Source: Mytilus trossulus | Lineage: Eukaryota | Length of the DNA: 64,000 nucleotides | Direction: 5' to 3' | NCBI RefSeq assembly: GCF_036588685.1 | Contig: NC_086373.1 | Span: 4,774,001-4,838,000, forward strand | The notes under the pieces: model-generated | Told to the model about the DNA's origin: nothing | What the model saw: the letters and a program-made list of their open reading frames with translations, nothing else | Database searches by the model: none | Made by a program: the position numbers and the translations under genes | Shown here: positions 11,194 to 23,605 of the stretch, piece by piece | Position numbering within the stretch: the stretch's first letter is position 1 | Layout of the letters: every line of letters starts with the position of its first letter

Positions 11194-12180
11194 TGATATG
11201 CAAAAATCACTGACAGTGTGTAATTATCAAACTAACGCGGACCTCGACGAGAGCACCCTTAAACTTTCATGACAATCTAATTCAAACAGATCGACAAGAA
11301 AATCTGTGTGCTTGTTCGACAAGTTTTAATCATTTGTTTCAAATAAATTGTACTTTTTGTTATATAAATGATACACGAAAATTTTCAGCAGGAATTTATC
11401 TTTCAGAATATGTCATAAGAATTAAACAAGATACCACGAGTGAAGAAATATTTACGATTAATGTACAACTTGTCAATTTCACTCGTGCGATTCTTCATCA
11501 GAAAACGTGTTGTATTATTTCACAAAAACTAGATTGTGCCGTAAAAATGATATAAATTTGTAGTAAAATCATTTCTTTATATGTTTTTGCTTTCAGATAT
11601 ACACAGAAATAAAGAGACTTCCCAGAAATTTAGATTTTGCCTTCGATATGAAAGCACACAAAGATGGCAAACTTCGAAACCGGGACTTCCTTGACCGAGA
11701 TGAAAGACGTTTCAAATATTCGAAGTTTTTACTGGAACTTTACAAACTATAATTATTATTTATTGTTTATTATTTGTTTTTGCTATAATGAATTTTTGCT
11801 AATTAGAATCCTTTTAGAAAAAAATGTGAATCATATAAGCCCTGGTCAAAAAGAAAGAGGCGATTTCAAATGACGACAAATGGCGGATACCATATGATCA
11901 CAGACGACCTTTCAAAGACCTAATTTAAAAAAAATATATATAGTCACATGCATGTGGAAGGAGTGGAATTCTCAAGTGTATATAACTTGACGTGCATGTA
12001 TTTCACTTAAAAATATTTCAACATGCAGATGGGTATTGAAAACTAAATAAATTTATGAATGATTTATTTTCTGTTTTCTTCATTGATAGCTAAATACATT
12101 GAATATTACATCCAAATAAATTAGTAAACAAAATATTGAACCATTATGTTTGGTAGGAATACAAAATTATACGTAAAAAA

Positions 12181-12300
12181 GTGTCTACAACACCCGGTAT
12201 TCCCAGGCGGTCACCCATCCAAGTACTAACCGGGCTCGACGTTGCTTAACTTCGGTGATCGGACGAGAACCGGTGTTTTCAACGTGATATGGTCGTAGAC
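12181..12300 (-). rRNA. 5S: 5S rRNA (terminal base C instead of T)
   Basis: Same sequence apart from g at 12181. Confidence 0.97.
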
Positions 12301-12443
12301 ACAGAAGTGTTAAAATTTTTGATATATAAGGTTGGCTAGTAGCATTTTTGACAAAAATTTATATATAATAATTTTTTTCAGAAGCAAAACTTTACATTAA
12401 TTATATGTTTGATAGAAATGCAAAATTATAAGAACACAAAAAA

Positions 12444-12563
12444 ATGTCTACAACACCCGGTATTCCCAGGCGGTCACCCATCCAAGTACTAACCGGGCTC
12501 GACGTTGCTTAACTTCGGTGATCGGACGAGAACCGGTGTTTTCAACGTGATATGGTCGTAGAC
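12444..12563 (-). rRNA. 5S: 5S rRNA
   Basis: Same 120-nt sequence. Confidence 0.98.
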
Positions 12564-12896
12564 ACAGAAGTGTTAAAATTCTTGATATATAAAGTTAGGA
12601 AGTAGCAATTTTGAACAGGTCAAGAATTTGTATAAAAAAGATTTTTTCAGGTTTAAGATAGAAGCAAAACTAAATATTTACTGCACGATCCAGAGGGGAA
12701 GATAGTAAAAAAGCAAGTTCACATGGACTTTATAGTAGAAATAAATTGCAGAGAAGAAAGAGAGATTTAGAAAATGGGACAAGCTATATATTTTATTTGT
12801 GACTAATACCATGCAACAATTTCAGATTCTTTTTGAAAAATTTTGGTAGCCCTTAAAAGGGCTGTTTAAGCTTTAAAAGCATCATGCTTCCTTCAT

Positions 12897-13493
12897 TTAC
12901 TTCTTCTTTGGTGTCTTTGCCTTCTTTGGTTTAGCTGCAGCCTTTGTCTTCTTGGGAGATTTTGTGGCTTTCTTTGCAGATTTGGCAGCAGGTTTTGCAG
13001 CAGGTTTCTTTGCAGCTGGCTTCTTTGCTTTTGGTTTAGCTGCTTTCTTTTCACCTGCTGGTTTCTTTGCTGCAGGTTTCTTTGCGGCAGTCTTTTTGGT
13101 AGGTGTCTTTGCCTTCTTTGGCTTGGCTGCTTTAGGTTTAACTACTTTCTTTGCTGGTTTCTTAGCTGGTTTAGCTACTTCCCCAATCTTAAAGCTTCCA
13201 GAAGCGCCGGTACCCTTCGACTGTTTCAAGCTCTTGCTCTTCACTCCTGATTTCAGAGCTAACTTCAAGTGAGTGTTGACTGTTTTTGCATCGCTACCAA
13301 CGCTGAAGTTTGCTAAGATATACTTGAGGATGGCTTGACGGCTGGAGCCTCCACGCTCTTTCAAAGCAGATATAGCCTTTCCGACCATCTCGCTGTATTT
13401 TGGATGAGTAGCTACTTTCTTTGGTTTAGCTGCAGCTTTCTTCTTTGGTGACTTAGCTGGGGTCTTTACTACTGGTGCTGGTGCGTCAGACAT
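12897..13493 (-). CDS. H1: Histone H1, 198 aa (KSKSL allele; separated from promoter by a LINE)
   Basis: H1 globular domain and tails. Confidence 0.97.
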   Translation of the reverse strand: MSDAPAPVVKTPAKSPKKKAAAKPKKVATHPKYSEMVGKAISALKERGGSSRQAILKYILANFSVGSDAKTVNTHLKLALKSGVKSKSLKQSKGTGASGSFKIGEVAKPAKKPAKKVVKPKAAKPKKAKTPTKKTAAKKPAAKKPAGEKKAAKPKAKKPAAKKPAAKPAAKSAKKATKSPKKTKAAAKPKKAKTPKKK

Positions 13494-14555
13494 TTTGCGG
13501 CTTTGGTTGTTGAACGATGTGTGCGAATGAACGACAGATTACAATGATATGCAAAAATTATTATTATTATTATTATTGATGTTTTGGGAGGCGACTTTCC
13601 TGCTATGGAACTTGCGCCCTAATTTCACTTATCGTTACTGTTTTTTGAAGAAACTTAGTGTTTCGTGTTTTGTTCACTACACGTGAGTTCTTAAGTTGTG
13701 AGGTTTTTTTTGTTCTTTTTTTTTCTAAGTCTTTAATGTATTGTGGTTTGACTTTTGTAGAATTCTGTAGATTTCTTTTTTAAATATTTATTTTGTCGTT
13801 CAAACTTTTGTTTCGTTGCATGGCTAATTACTTAGATTGCTTTGATTTGTATGGTAGTAGCAGCTAATTAATATACATGAGTGTATAAAATGAATCTGAA
13901 TGTCCATCGCTGAAGATAGAGATTAGATAATGCTTCCCGATAGCCCGGTGTCAATTATTTAATGAAAAATTGCCAAATATATGTATGCGCCAGGTAAAAA
14001 AAGACTGTCGCATACTTATGTCACCTACATTGGGATTAATAAAAGAATTAAAATATATGTTAAATCCCCTAGATACCAATTAAAGAGACCAGTTTGAGTT
14101 ATGGTCCCCTTGTTCAGTGAGGATTGTCGTGGTCTGTGTATTGACCCCGACTGCCCTCACTGACCATGAGACCACCGAATAATCAATCTGGTAATTAAAT
14201 TTTGAACTGTAACCCACTATTGACACCGTGACTACGGGAACTACTACTACCATACTGTTTGGACCCAGAGATTGGCGTCCTGTGGCCAATGAGGCATAGT
14301 GTGTGCAACTTTGCAGTATAATGTATAATGAAAGATACATGTGCGACCAGCAGTATTATTTTCATTTGTTATGCAGCATTTTAATTTTAAAATCTAAAAT
14401 AAGTTTAACAAACATTTTATCCATTATCAAATTTTCTTTTTTTTTTTTTTGTGGGGACAGATCTCAATGAGTTCTTCCTAATATAGGTAGACCCCAATTA
14501 TTTTATGTAAAAGATAAAATCCATTTCCTGTACAAGTATTATAAAAGTAATACTT

Positions 14556-17500
14556 TTAAAGTATCATTCTATTCGTGCTCTTTACGTATGTATCAATTGG
14601 TAAAAAATTATATCCTGTTAGGATATTTTTTAATTGAAAGTTCTGTATTTGTAACTTTCTTAAACTGTCAAATAAAATAGATCGTTCTGTGTTATATAAT
14701 TTGCAGTGTAATAAGAAATGTTCAACTGTTTCTTCAACACGACACTCCTCACACAATTTAGTGTCAGATATGCCTATTTTATAAAGATGTTTGTTCAATG
14801 GTATATAACCAGTTCTTAATTTAAAAATCAGTCTTTCTTTGTATCTGGACATTTTTGGTATTTTTATGTCAAAATTAATTTTTGGACTTATTTGATACAA
14901 TGCTCTATCTTTCTCTTTATCCCATTCTTCTTGCCACATTTTTTTCATTAAATTTTTACACAATGTTTTAAAATCATCTTTGAACAACGGTACAAAGATA
15001 TAAATATTTTGAAAACTTAATGCCTGTTTAGCATGAAAATCAGCCAACTCATTGCCTTGTATTCCTACATGACTTGGTATCCATTCAAAAATTATATTTG
15101 TACCTGAATGATACAATGATCTTAGTAAAAAATGAATGTCAAGTAAGAATTGATTTCTTATCTTGTTTAAAGGTATTTTCAGTGCTTGAAGCGCTGATAG
15201 AGAGTCTACAAAAATCACAACGTTAAAAGGTAAAAAGTCTTGTAACCATGATATACATAAATAAATTGCTGTCAATTCACACATAAAAATAGAAAGGTGA
15301 TTGTTCAGCTTAAATCCCTTATTGATTTTTAACTCTGGAATGACAAAGGCACAACCGGCATTGCTATTTGGATCTTTTGACCCGTCAGTGAATATTTTTA
15401 AATGGTGTTTATATTGAGTATCTATCATGATATTGGCTTCACTTTTAATTAAATGTGGTAAATCCTTTTTAGAAATGTAATCTTTTAAATACGTGTTTAC
15501 TATAGGTACTGTAAAATGCCATGGGGGGATTGGACTTTCTCTATATATAACTACATTATTTTCTGAAAAATTATTTCCTTTTAGAGTATCTTTTGCAATT
15601 AATGTAAATGGTTTACGTTTAACAGTTTTACTATAAAATTCAAAAGTAGCAGTATCTTGAATTGATTTTTTGGCTGGATGGTTGTTTTCGAAAGTAGAAA
15701 TATTTAAAAATGATTTTGTTATTAACGCTTTTCTTCTGATTTCGTAAGGAGGGTCTCCCATTTCCACCTGAAGTGTTTTTAATGAAGCTGACTTCATAGA
15801 ACCTGTACATAAACGTAGAGATTGTGTTTGTACCTTATCTAAAATTTTCTTAATAGATGCAGAGGCTGTATTGTAAACCTCACAATCATAGTCAATTTTT
15901 GATCTTATTAAAGCAATATAAATTTTTCTTAGTGTATAACTTGTTGCTCCCCATTTCGTTCCCGTTAAAAGTTTCATACAGTTTAAAATTTTTGTACATC
16001 TTGTATTAATATACTGAACATGACTATTCCAAGTAAGATATCTATCAAAAATAATTCCAAGAAATTTAACTTCTTTAACAACTTCTAAAATGTGATTTCC
16101 TATTTTTAATATAATATTATTACAATTTGATTTCCTAGCAAAAATAACTGTGACTGTTTTTGAAGGTGAAAGTAAAAAAACCCAATTTGAGCACCATTTG
16201 CTTATACTATTCAAGTCTTCTTGAATTTTTTTTTGTAAAAATTTTAATGATGGTCCAGATTTCCAAATTGCCCCATCATCTGCAAATTGTGACATTTCAC
16301 AATTTTTTAAACAGTCTGACATGTCATTAACCATAATATTAAAAAGCGTTGGACTTATACAACTTCCCTGGGGGGTACCATTTTCTAAAACAAAAATATC
16401 TGAAAAAGTGTTGTTTATCTTAACTTGCAATACTCTATCTGAGAGAAAATTATTAACATAAGCAAGCATGTTGCCTTTAAGACCCATTTTTTTCATTTTT
16501 TTTAATAAACCATGTTTCCATAACATATCGAAAGCTTTTTGAAAATCAATAAATATTCCAACTAATATGTGTTTTTTAGCAAAAGATTTCTGTATTGCAT
16601 TTTCTAGACGTATACATTGCTGTATCGTACTTTTATTTTTTCTATAACCGTTTTGATTCGGGTTAAATATATTATTTTTTTCCAGAAACCATGTTAATCT
16701 GTTGTTAACCATTTTTTCCATTATCTTATTAAAATTAGAAGTTAATGCAATAGGTCTATATGATAATGGATCACTGGGATCTTTACCATGTTTAAAACTA
16801 GGAATAATTGTTGAATGTTTCCATTCCTTTGGAAGTTCTTGTAACATCCAAATTTTATTAATAAATAGTAAAAATATGCTTAAGGTTTTATTAGATAAAT
16901 GGCGAAACATACTATAAGTTGTTCTATCTTTTCCCGGCGAGCTATCATTAGTATCAGCTATTGCATCTTTGAATTCTTGCAATGTAAATTTTTCATTAAA
17001 ACAATCTGTATTAATTTTGTAATATTCAATAAAATCATTTATCTCTTCTTTTTCTGTTTTAGTCTTAAATTCTTTGAAGTCGTTATTGTAATTTGATGTA
17101 CTACTGACTTTGCAGTAATTTTCTGCAAATACGTTTGCTTTTTCTTTCGTATCTGTAATAAATCTATTAAAATATTTCAGAATAGGAATGTTTGTCCTAG
17201 AACTTATCTTCCCTAACATCTTTTTAACATTATGCCATAGATCTGAAATGTTATTATTACAATTGAGACTAGTACAGTAATTTGACCAATGGTTGTCCTG
17301 TGTATCTTTTAATACTTTTTTACAAAATCTTTCTTTATCTTTATAAATTTTAAAATCATTGCCACTTCCAGTATGTCTTGCTCTATTTCTAGCTTTGTTT
17401 CTAGCTTTTATAGCTGAAGTACATTCCTTTGTCCACCAAGGAACACAAGGTTTGTTTGTTTTATGAAATTTCTTAATAGGAATATGGGTACATGCTATAT

Positions 17501-18389
17501 TAATCAATTCAGTGGTTAATGTATTGTTAGTTTGCTGTATATCATCTGTAATTAAATTCTCTGTAAATTTAATGTCACATTCTTTCGTGAAGCTTTTCCA
17601 ATTTGCTCTCTTAAAATTCCATTTAGGGGAGAAATCACTGTTGTAATCACCAATATATATATTAGAATCAATGTACACACAAAAATGATCACTTCCAAAG
17701 GTGGAATGTTGATCTACCAACCAATTAATTTTTTGTCCAATATTAGGACTACAAAAAGTCAGATCTAAACATGATGTTTCTAAATTAATCGGATTCAGTC
17801 TTGTTCCTGATCCTTCGTTTAAAAGACATATATTATTATCTTGAATACACTTAAAAAGTTCTCTACCTTTAGTATCGATTCTTTTCCCCCACAATGTATG
17901 GTGAGCATTAAAGTCACCACATAATATGTATTCTGTTGTAATTTGACTAAGAAGAGTATCATAGTCTTCATATTTAGTGTCTAATTTAGGGTCATATAAA
18001 TTAAGTATCAATAATTTCTTACTATTATGTATAATATAAATTGCAGAAGTTTCAAATGTACTCTGAAAATCAACTGTACTATAGTTAATATATTGTTTAA
18101 CATAAATGGCTGTTCCACCTCTGTTAACACCTCGACTTTAGAATGTTGCGAGTGTGTAACCTGGTATTTCAGGGTAATCTTTTTCGAGATTACAAAAAGT
18201 TTCTTGAAAACATAAAATATTTGGCGTATCTTTAATATTGTTTAAGTGCCATATAAACTCCGGTATGTGTGACCGAATTCCCTGACAGTTCCAATGTGCC
18301 AAACTAAGTTGTAAAGCCATGAGTATGATTAAAGTATACATTATAATTGACATGAATGTAAATAGTATATATTTCATTATTAAATACAA
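14556..18389 (-). pseudogene. LINE ORF2 with a premature TAA at 18138-18140 in the endonuclease domain
   Basis: 83-aa and 1151-aa ORFs are collinear with the intact ORF2 of copy 3. Confidence 0.9.
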
Positions 18390-18403
18390 GTATAAATAAA
18401 AAC

Positions 18404-19663
18404 TTAGTTTATTAATGTAAGTTTATCTAGTATATATTCTTGGTTAACGTGTACACCAAGCAATTCTAATACCATGTCAGCTACAACACTGACTTTTTGT
18501 TCATTATCAGATAATGTTGGAACCTGTATTGCTGTCATAATTATTAAGAGAATAAAATTGTCAAACTCTGTGAGCTGTTGAAATAAGCCCTTTGTTAGAG
18601 AAATCTTTTCATGCTCTTTAGGAAGTTTTTCCTTTTTACCCTGTAAAGGATTTTGTTTTGACTCTTTAAGAACATGTGTTCTTGCTTCTTTAACTGAGCA
18701 TTTTTCTTTACACACTCTTTTTATTATTTTTTCATTTTGTATTTTCTTTGGGCAATCTTTACTCGTAGCTGGGTGGTCACCGTTGCAATTTGCACATTTA
18801 GCCTTAACTTTACACTCCCTATCTTTATGGTCTTCCCCACACCTTACACATTTTACACTATTTCTACATTCTCTTTGCATATGTCCAAAACCCTGACATT
18901 TAAAACATTGAGTTGGTTTTGGAACAAAGAGTTTTGTTTTGTGACTCTTAAAACCTATCAACACTCTGGGTGGTAACTCTGTTGTGTTAAAAAACAGTTT
19001 TAGAGTTTTTGACGGAACCCTAGTTTTAGTATTAATGTCATAATATGTTAGTCTCTGAAATCGACTGACCTGTTGTTTCTCTAGAATGTCCTGTAAATCT
19101 GATTCTTCTATATCAAGTGAAACATTGTAAATACAACCTATAGTAGTGTTCAGCGATTTAGGCTGAAACACATTTACTGACCATTGTCCTAGATGTGTAA
19201 GTTTGGACAATTGATTGAACTGGTGTTTATCAAAACAAACAACCATTCAATGACCAGTTCTTGTTGCCCCGAGCTCTTTTACAATACCTACAGAAGAACT
19301 CATTAGTTTTTGTATTTGTATTGGATTTTTTAATCCAAGTTTTTCGTCTCTATTAGAAACTATTAACACATATTTTTTAGGCTGTTTTGGACTATTAATT
19401 AGTCTTTTAACGGGGGCCCTTTTTACAGTATCCTGTAACACACTACTATAAGAGTCGTGTTGTTGACTGTTAACACGTTTCCTTTTACTTTTTTGATATT
19501 GCCATGGGTCTTGGCCAATATCTGATTCACTCTCTAATTCTGATGTTTCTGAACCTGTATCCATATCAATTAAATTTTGGGACATATAAGTTCTGTCCAT
19601 AACTTTTTCATGGAGACCATCAATAAATCGTTCTATCACAGTAATGTCTTCTGAATCAGACAT
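18404..19663 (-). pseudogene. LINE ORF1 with an internal TGA at 19247-19249
   Basis: 138-aa and 280-aa in-frame pieces match the 419-aa ORF1 of copy 1. Confidence 0.9.
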
Positions 19664-19942
19664 ACTTAAATTACCAAACTACTACTCCCTATTGGAGAAG
19701 AAGCGTGACTAAATATATATAAACAAAAAAAAAAAATAGTAGAAAATTTTCTGAACCTAAGTTTACACAACCTGCATATAAATATCTTAATGTAATATCT
19801 AAATAAATAGCTGAAATATCTGAAATATCAATGCCTGTACATTAAGTAAGAAACTAAGTTTACATATAAATAACAATCAGTGCTCAGTAACTAAATGCAT
19901 GTGTGTGACACCATTGGACTCACTACCAATGATATGCAAAAA

Positions 19943-20242
19943 TTATTATTATTATTATTGATGTTTTGGGAGGCGACTTTCCTGCTATGGAACTTGCGCC
20001 CTAATTTCACTTATCGTTACTGTTTTTGAAGAATAAAAAAAAAACTTAGTGTTTCGTGTTTTGTTCACTACACGTGAGTTCTTAAGTTGTGAGTTTTTTC
20101 TTTTTTGTTCTTTTTTTTTTTTTCCAAGTCTTTAATGTATTGTGGTTTTACTTTTGTAAAATTCTGTAGATTTTTAAAATATTTATTTTGTCGTTCAAAC
20201 TTTTGTTTCGTTGCATGGCTAATTACATAGATTGCTTTGATT
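19943..20242 (-). mobile_element. 5'-truncated (~300 bp) LINE copy, duplicate of 10895-11193
   Basis: Same truncation point and diagnostic variants; target copy at 20243-20255. Confidence 0.93.
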
Positions 20243-21229
20243 TGATATGCAAAAATCACTGACAGTGTGTAATTATCAAACTAACGCGGACCTCGACGAG
20301 AGCACCCTTAAACTTTCATGACAATCTAATTCAAACAGATCGACAAGAAAATCTGTGTGCTTGTTCGACAAGTTTTAATCATTTGTTTCAAATAAATTGT
20401 ACTTTTTGTTATATAAATGATACACGAAAATTTTCAGCAGGAATTTATCTTTCAGAATATGTCATAAGAATTAAACAAGATACCACGAGTGAAGAAATAT
20501 TTACGATTAATGTACAACTTGTCAATTTCACTCGTGCGATTCTTCATCAGAAAACGTGTTGTATTATTTCACAAAAACTAGATTGTGCCGTAAAAATGAT
20601 ATAAATTTGTAGTAAAATCATTTCTTTATATGTTTTTGCTTTCAGATATACACAGAAATAAAGAGACTTCCCAGAAATTTAGATTTTGCCTTCGATATGA
20701 AAGCACACAAAGATGGCAAACTTCGAAACCGGGACTTCCTTGACCGAGATGAAAGACGTTTCAAATATTCGAAGTTTTTACTGGAACTTTACAAACTATA
20801 ATTATTATTTATTGTTTATTATTTGTTTTTGCTATAATGAATTTTTGCTAATTAGAATCCTTTTAGAAAAAAATGTGAATCATATAAGCCCTGGTCAAAA
20901 AGAAAGAGGCGATTTCAAATGACGACAAATGGCGGATACCATATGATCACAGACGACCTTTCAAAGACCTAATTTAAAAAAAATATATATAGTCACATGC
21001 ATGTGGAAGGAGTGGAATTCTCAAGTGTATATAACTTGACGTGCATGTATTTCACTTAAAAACATTTCAACATGCAGATGGGTATTGAAAACTAAATAAA
21101 TTTATGAATGATTTATTTTCTGTTTTCTTCATTGATAGCTAAATACATTGAATATTACATCCAAATAAATTAGTAAACAAAATATTGAACCATTATGTTT
21201 GGTAGGAATACAAAATTATACGTAAAAAA

Positions 21230-21349
21230 GTGTCTACAACACCCGGTATTCCCAGGCGGTCACCCATCCAAGTACTAACCGGGCTCGACGTTGCTTAACT
21301 TCGGTGATCGGACGAGAACCGGTGTTTTCAACGTGATATGGTCGTAGAC
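21230..21349 (-). rRNA. 5S: 5S rRNA (terminal base C instead of T)
   Basis: Same as 12181-12300. Confidence 0.97.
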
Positions 21350-21492
21350 ACAGAAGTGTTAAAATTTTTGATATATAAGGTTGGCTAGTAGCATTTTTGA
21401 CAAAAATTTATATATAATAATTTTTTTCAGAAGCAAAACTTTACATTAATTATATGTTTGATAGAAATGCAAAATTATAAGAACACAAAAAA

Positions 21493-21612
21493 ATGTCTAC
21501 AACACCCGGTATTCCCAGGCGGTCACCCATCCAAGTACTAACCGGGCTCGACGTTGCTTAACTTCGGTGATCGGACGAGAACCGGTGTTTTCAACGTGAT
21601 ATGGTCGTAGAC
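21493..21612 (-). rRNA. 5S: 5S rRNA
   Basis: Same 120-nt sequence. Confidence 0.98.
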
Positions 21613-21946
21613 ACAGAAGTGTTAAAATTTTTGATATATAAAGTTAGGAAGTAGCAATTTTGAACAGGTCAAGAATTTGTATAAAAAAGATTTTTTTCAG
21701 GTTTAAGATAGAAGCAAAACTAAATATTTACTGCACGATCCAGAGGGGAAGATAGTAAAAAAGCAAGTTCACATGGACTTTATAGTAGAAATAAATTGCA
21801 GAGAAGAAAGAGAGATTTAGAAAATGGGACAGGCTATATATTTTATTTGTGACTAATACCATGCAACAATTTCAGATTCTTTTTGAAAAATTTTGGTAGC
21901 CCTTAAAAGGGCTGTTTAAGCTTTAAAAGCATCATGCTTCCTTCAT

Positions 21947-22543
21947 TTACTTCTTCTTTGGTGTCTTTGCCTTCTTTGGTTTAGCTGCAGCCTTTGTCTT
22001 CTTGGGAGATTTTGTGGCTTTCTTTGCAGATTTGGCAGCAGGTTTTGCAGCAGGTTTCTTTGCAGCTGGCTTCTTTGCTTTTGGTTTAGCTGCTTTCTTT
22101 TCACCTGCTGGTTTCTTTGCTGCAGGTTTCTTTGCGGCAGTCTTTTTGGTAGGTGTCTTTGCCTTCTTTGGCTTGGCTGCTTTAGGTTTAACTACTTTCT
22201 TTGCTGGTTTCTTAGCTGGTTTAGCTACTTCCCCAATCTTAAAGCTTCCAGAAGCGCCGGTACCCTTCGACTGTTTCAAGCTCTTGCTCTTCACTCCTGA
22301 TTTCAGAGCTAACTTCAAGTGAGTGTTGACTGTTTTTGCATCGCTACCAACGCTGAAGTTTGCTAAGATATACTTGAGGATGGCTTGACGGCTGGAGCCT
22401 CCACGCTCTTTCAAAGCAGATATAGCCTTTCCGACCATCTCGCTGTATTTTGGATGAGTAGCTACTTTCTTTGGTTTAGCTGCAGCTTTCTTCTTTGGTG
22501 ACTTAGCTGGGGTCTTTACTACTGGTGCTGGTGCGTCAGACAT
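21947..22543 (-). CDS. H1: Histone H1, 198 aa (KSKSL allele; separated from promoter by a LINE)
   Basis: Protein identical to 12897-13493. Confidence 0.97.
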   Translation of the reverse strand: MSDAPAPVVKTPAKSPKKKAAAKPKKVATHPKYSEMVGKAISALKERGGSSRQAILKYILANFSVGSDAKTVNTHLKLALKSGVKSKSLKQSKGTGASGSFKIGEVAKPAKKPAKKVVKPKAAKPKKAKTPTKKTAAKKPAAKKPAGEKKAAKPKAKKPAAKKPAAKPAAKSAKKATKSPKKTKAAAKPKKAKTPKKK

Positions 22544-23605
22544 TTTGCGGCTTTGGTTGTTGAACGATGTGTGCGAATGAACGACAGATTACAATGATAT
22601 GCAAAAATTATTATTATTATTATTATTGATGTTTTGGGAGGCGACTTTCCTGCTATGGAACTTGCGCCCTAATTTCACTTATCGTTACTGTTTTTTGAAG
22701 AAACTTAGTGTTTCGTGTTTTGTTCACTACACGTGAGTTCTTAAGTTGTGAGGTTTTTTTTGTTCTTTTTTTTTCTAAGTCTTTAATGTATTGTGGTTTG
22801 ACTTTTGTAGAATTCTGTAGATTTCTTTTTTAAATATTTATTTTGTCGTTCAAACTTTTGTTTCGTTGCATGGCTAATTACTTAGATTGCTTTGATTTGT
22901 ATGGTAGTAGCAGCTAATTAATATACATGAGTGTATAAAATGAATCTGAATGTCCATCGCTGAAGATAGAGATTAGATAATGCTTCCCGATAGCCCGGTG
23001 TCAATTATTTAATGAAAAATTGCCAAATATATGTATGCGCCAGGTAAAAAAAGACTGTCGCATACTTATGTCACCTACATTGGGATTAATAAAAGAATTA
23101 AAATATATGTTAAATCCCCTAGATACCAATTAAAGAGACCAGTTTGAGTTATGGTCCCCTTGTTCAGTGAGGATTGTCGTGGTCTGTGTATTGACCCCGA
23201 CTGCCCTCACTGACCATGAGACCACCGAATAATCAATCTGGTAATTAAATTTTGAACTGTAACCCACTATTGACACCGTGACTACGGGAACTACTACTAC
23301 CATACTGTTTGGACCCAGAGATTGGCGTCCTGTGGCCAATGAGGCATAGTGTGTGCAACTTTGCAGTATAATGTATAATGAAAGATACATGTGCGACCAG
23401 CAGTATTATTTTCATTTGTTATGCAGCATTTTAATTTTAAAATCTAAAATAAGTTTAACAAACATTTTATCCATTATCAAATTTTCTTTTTTTTTTTTTT
23501 GTGGGGACAGATCTCAATGAGTTCTTCCTAATATAGGTAGACCCCAATTATTTTATGTAAAAGATAAAATCCATTTCCTGTACAAGTATTATAAAAGTAA
23601 TACTT

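Larger units (their letters stand above)
13558..19926 (-). mobile_element. I/Nimb-type LINE, full-length copy 2
   Basis: TSD CAATGATATGCAAAAA at 13542-13557 and 19927-19942; (TAA)n tail. Confidence 0.96.

Noticed and set aside
11664-11873. 69-aa spacer ORF
   Set aside because: Open in only two units because of a 1-nt indel; low complexity.
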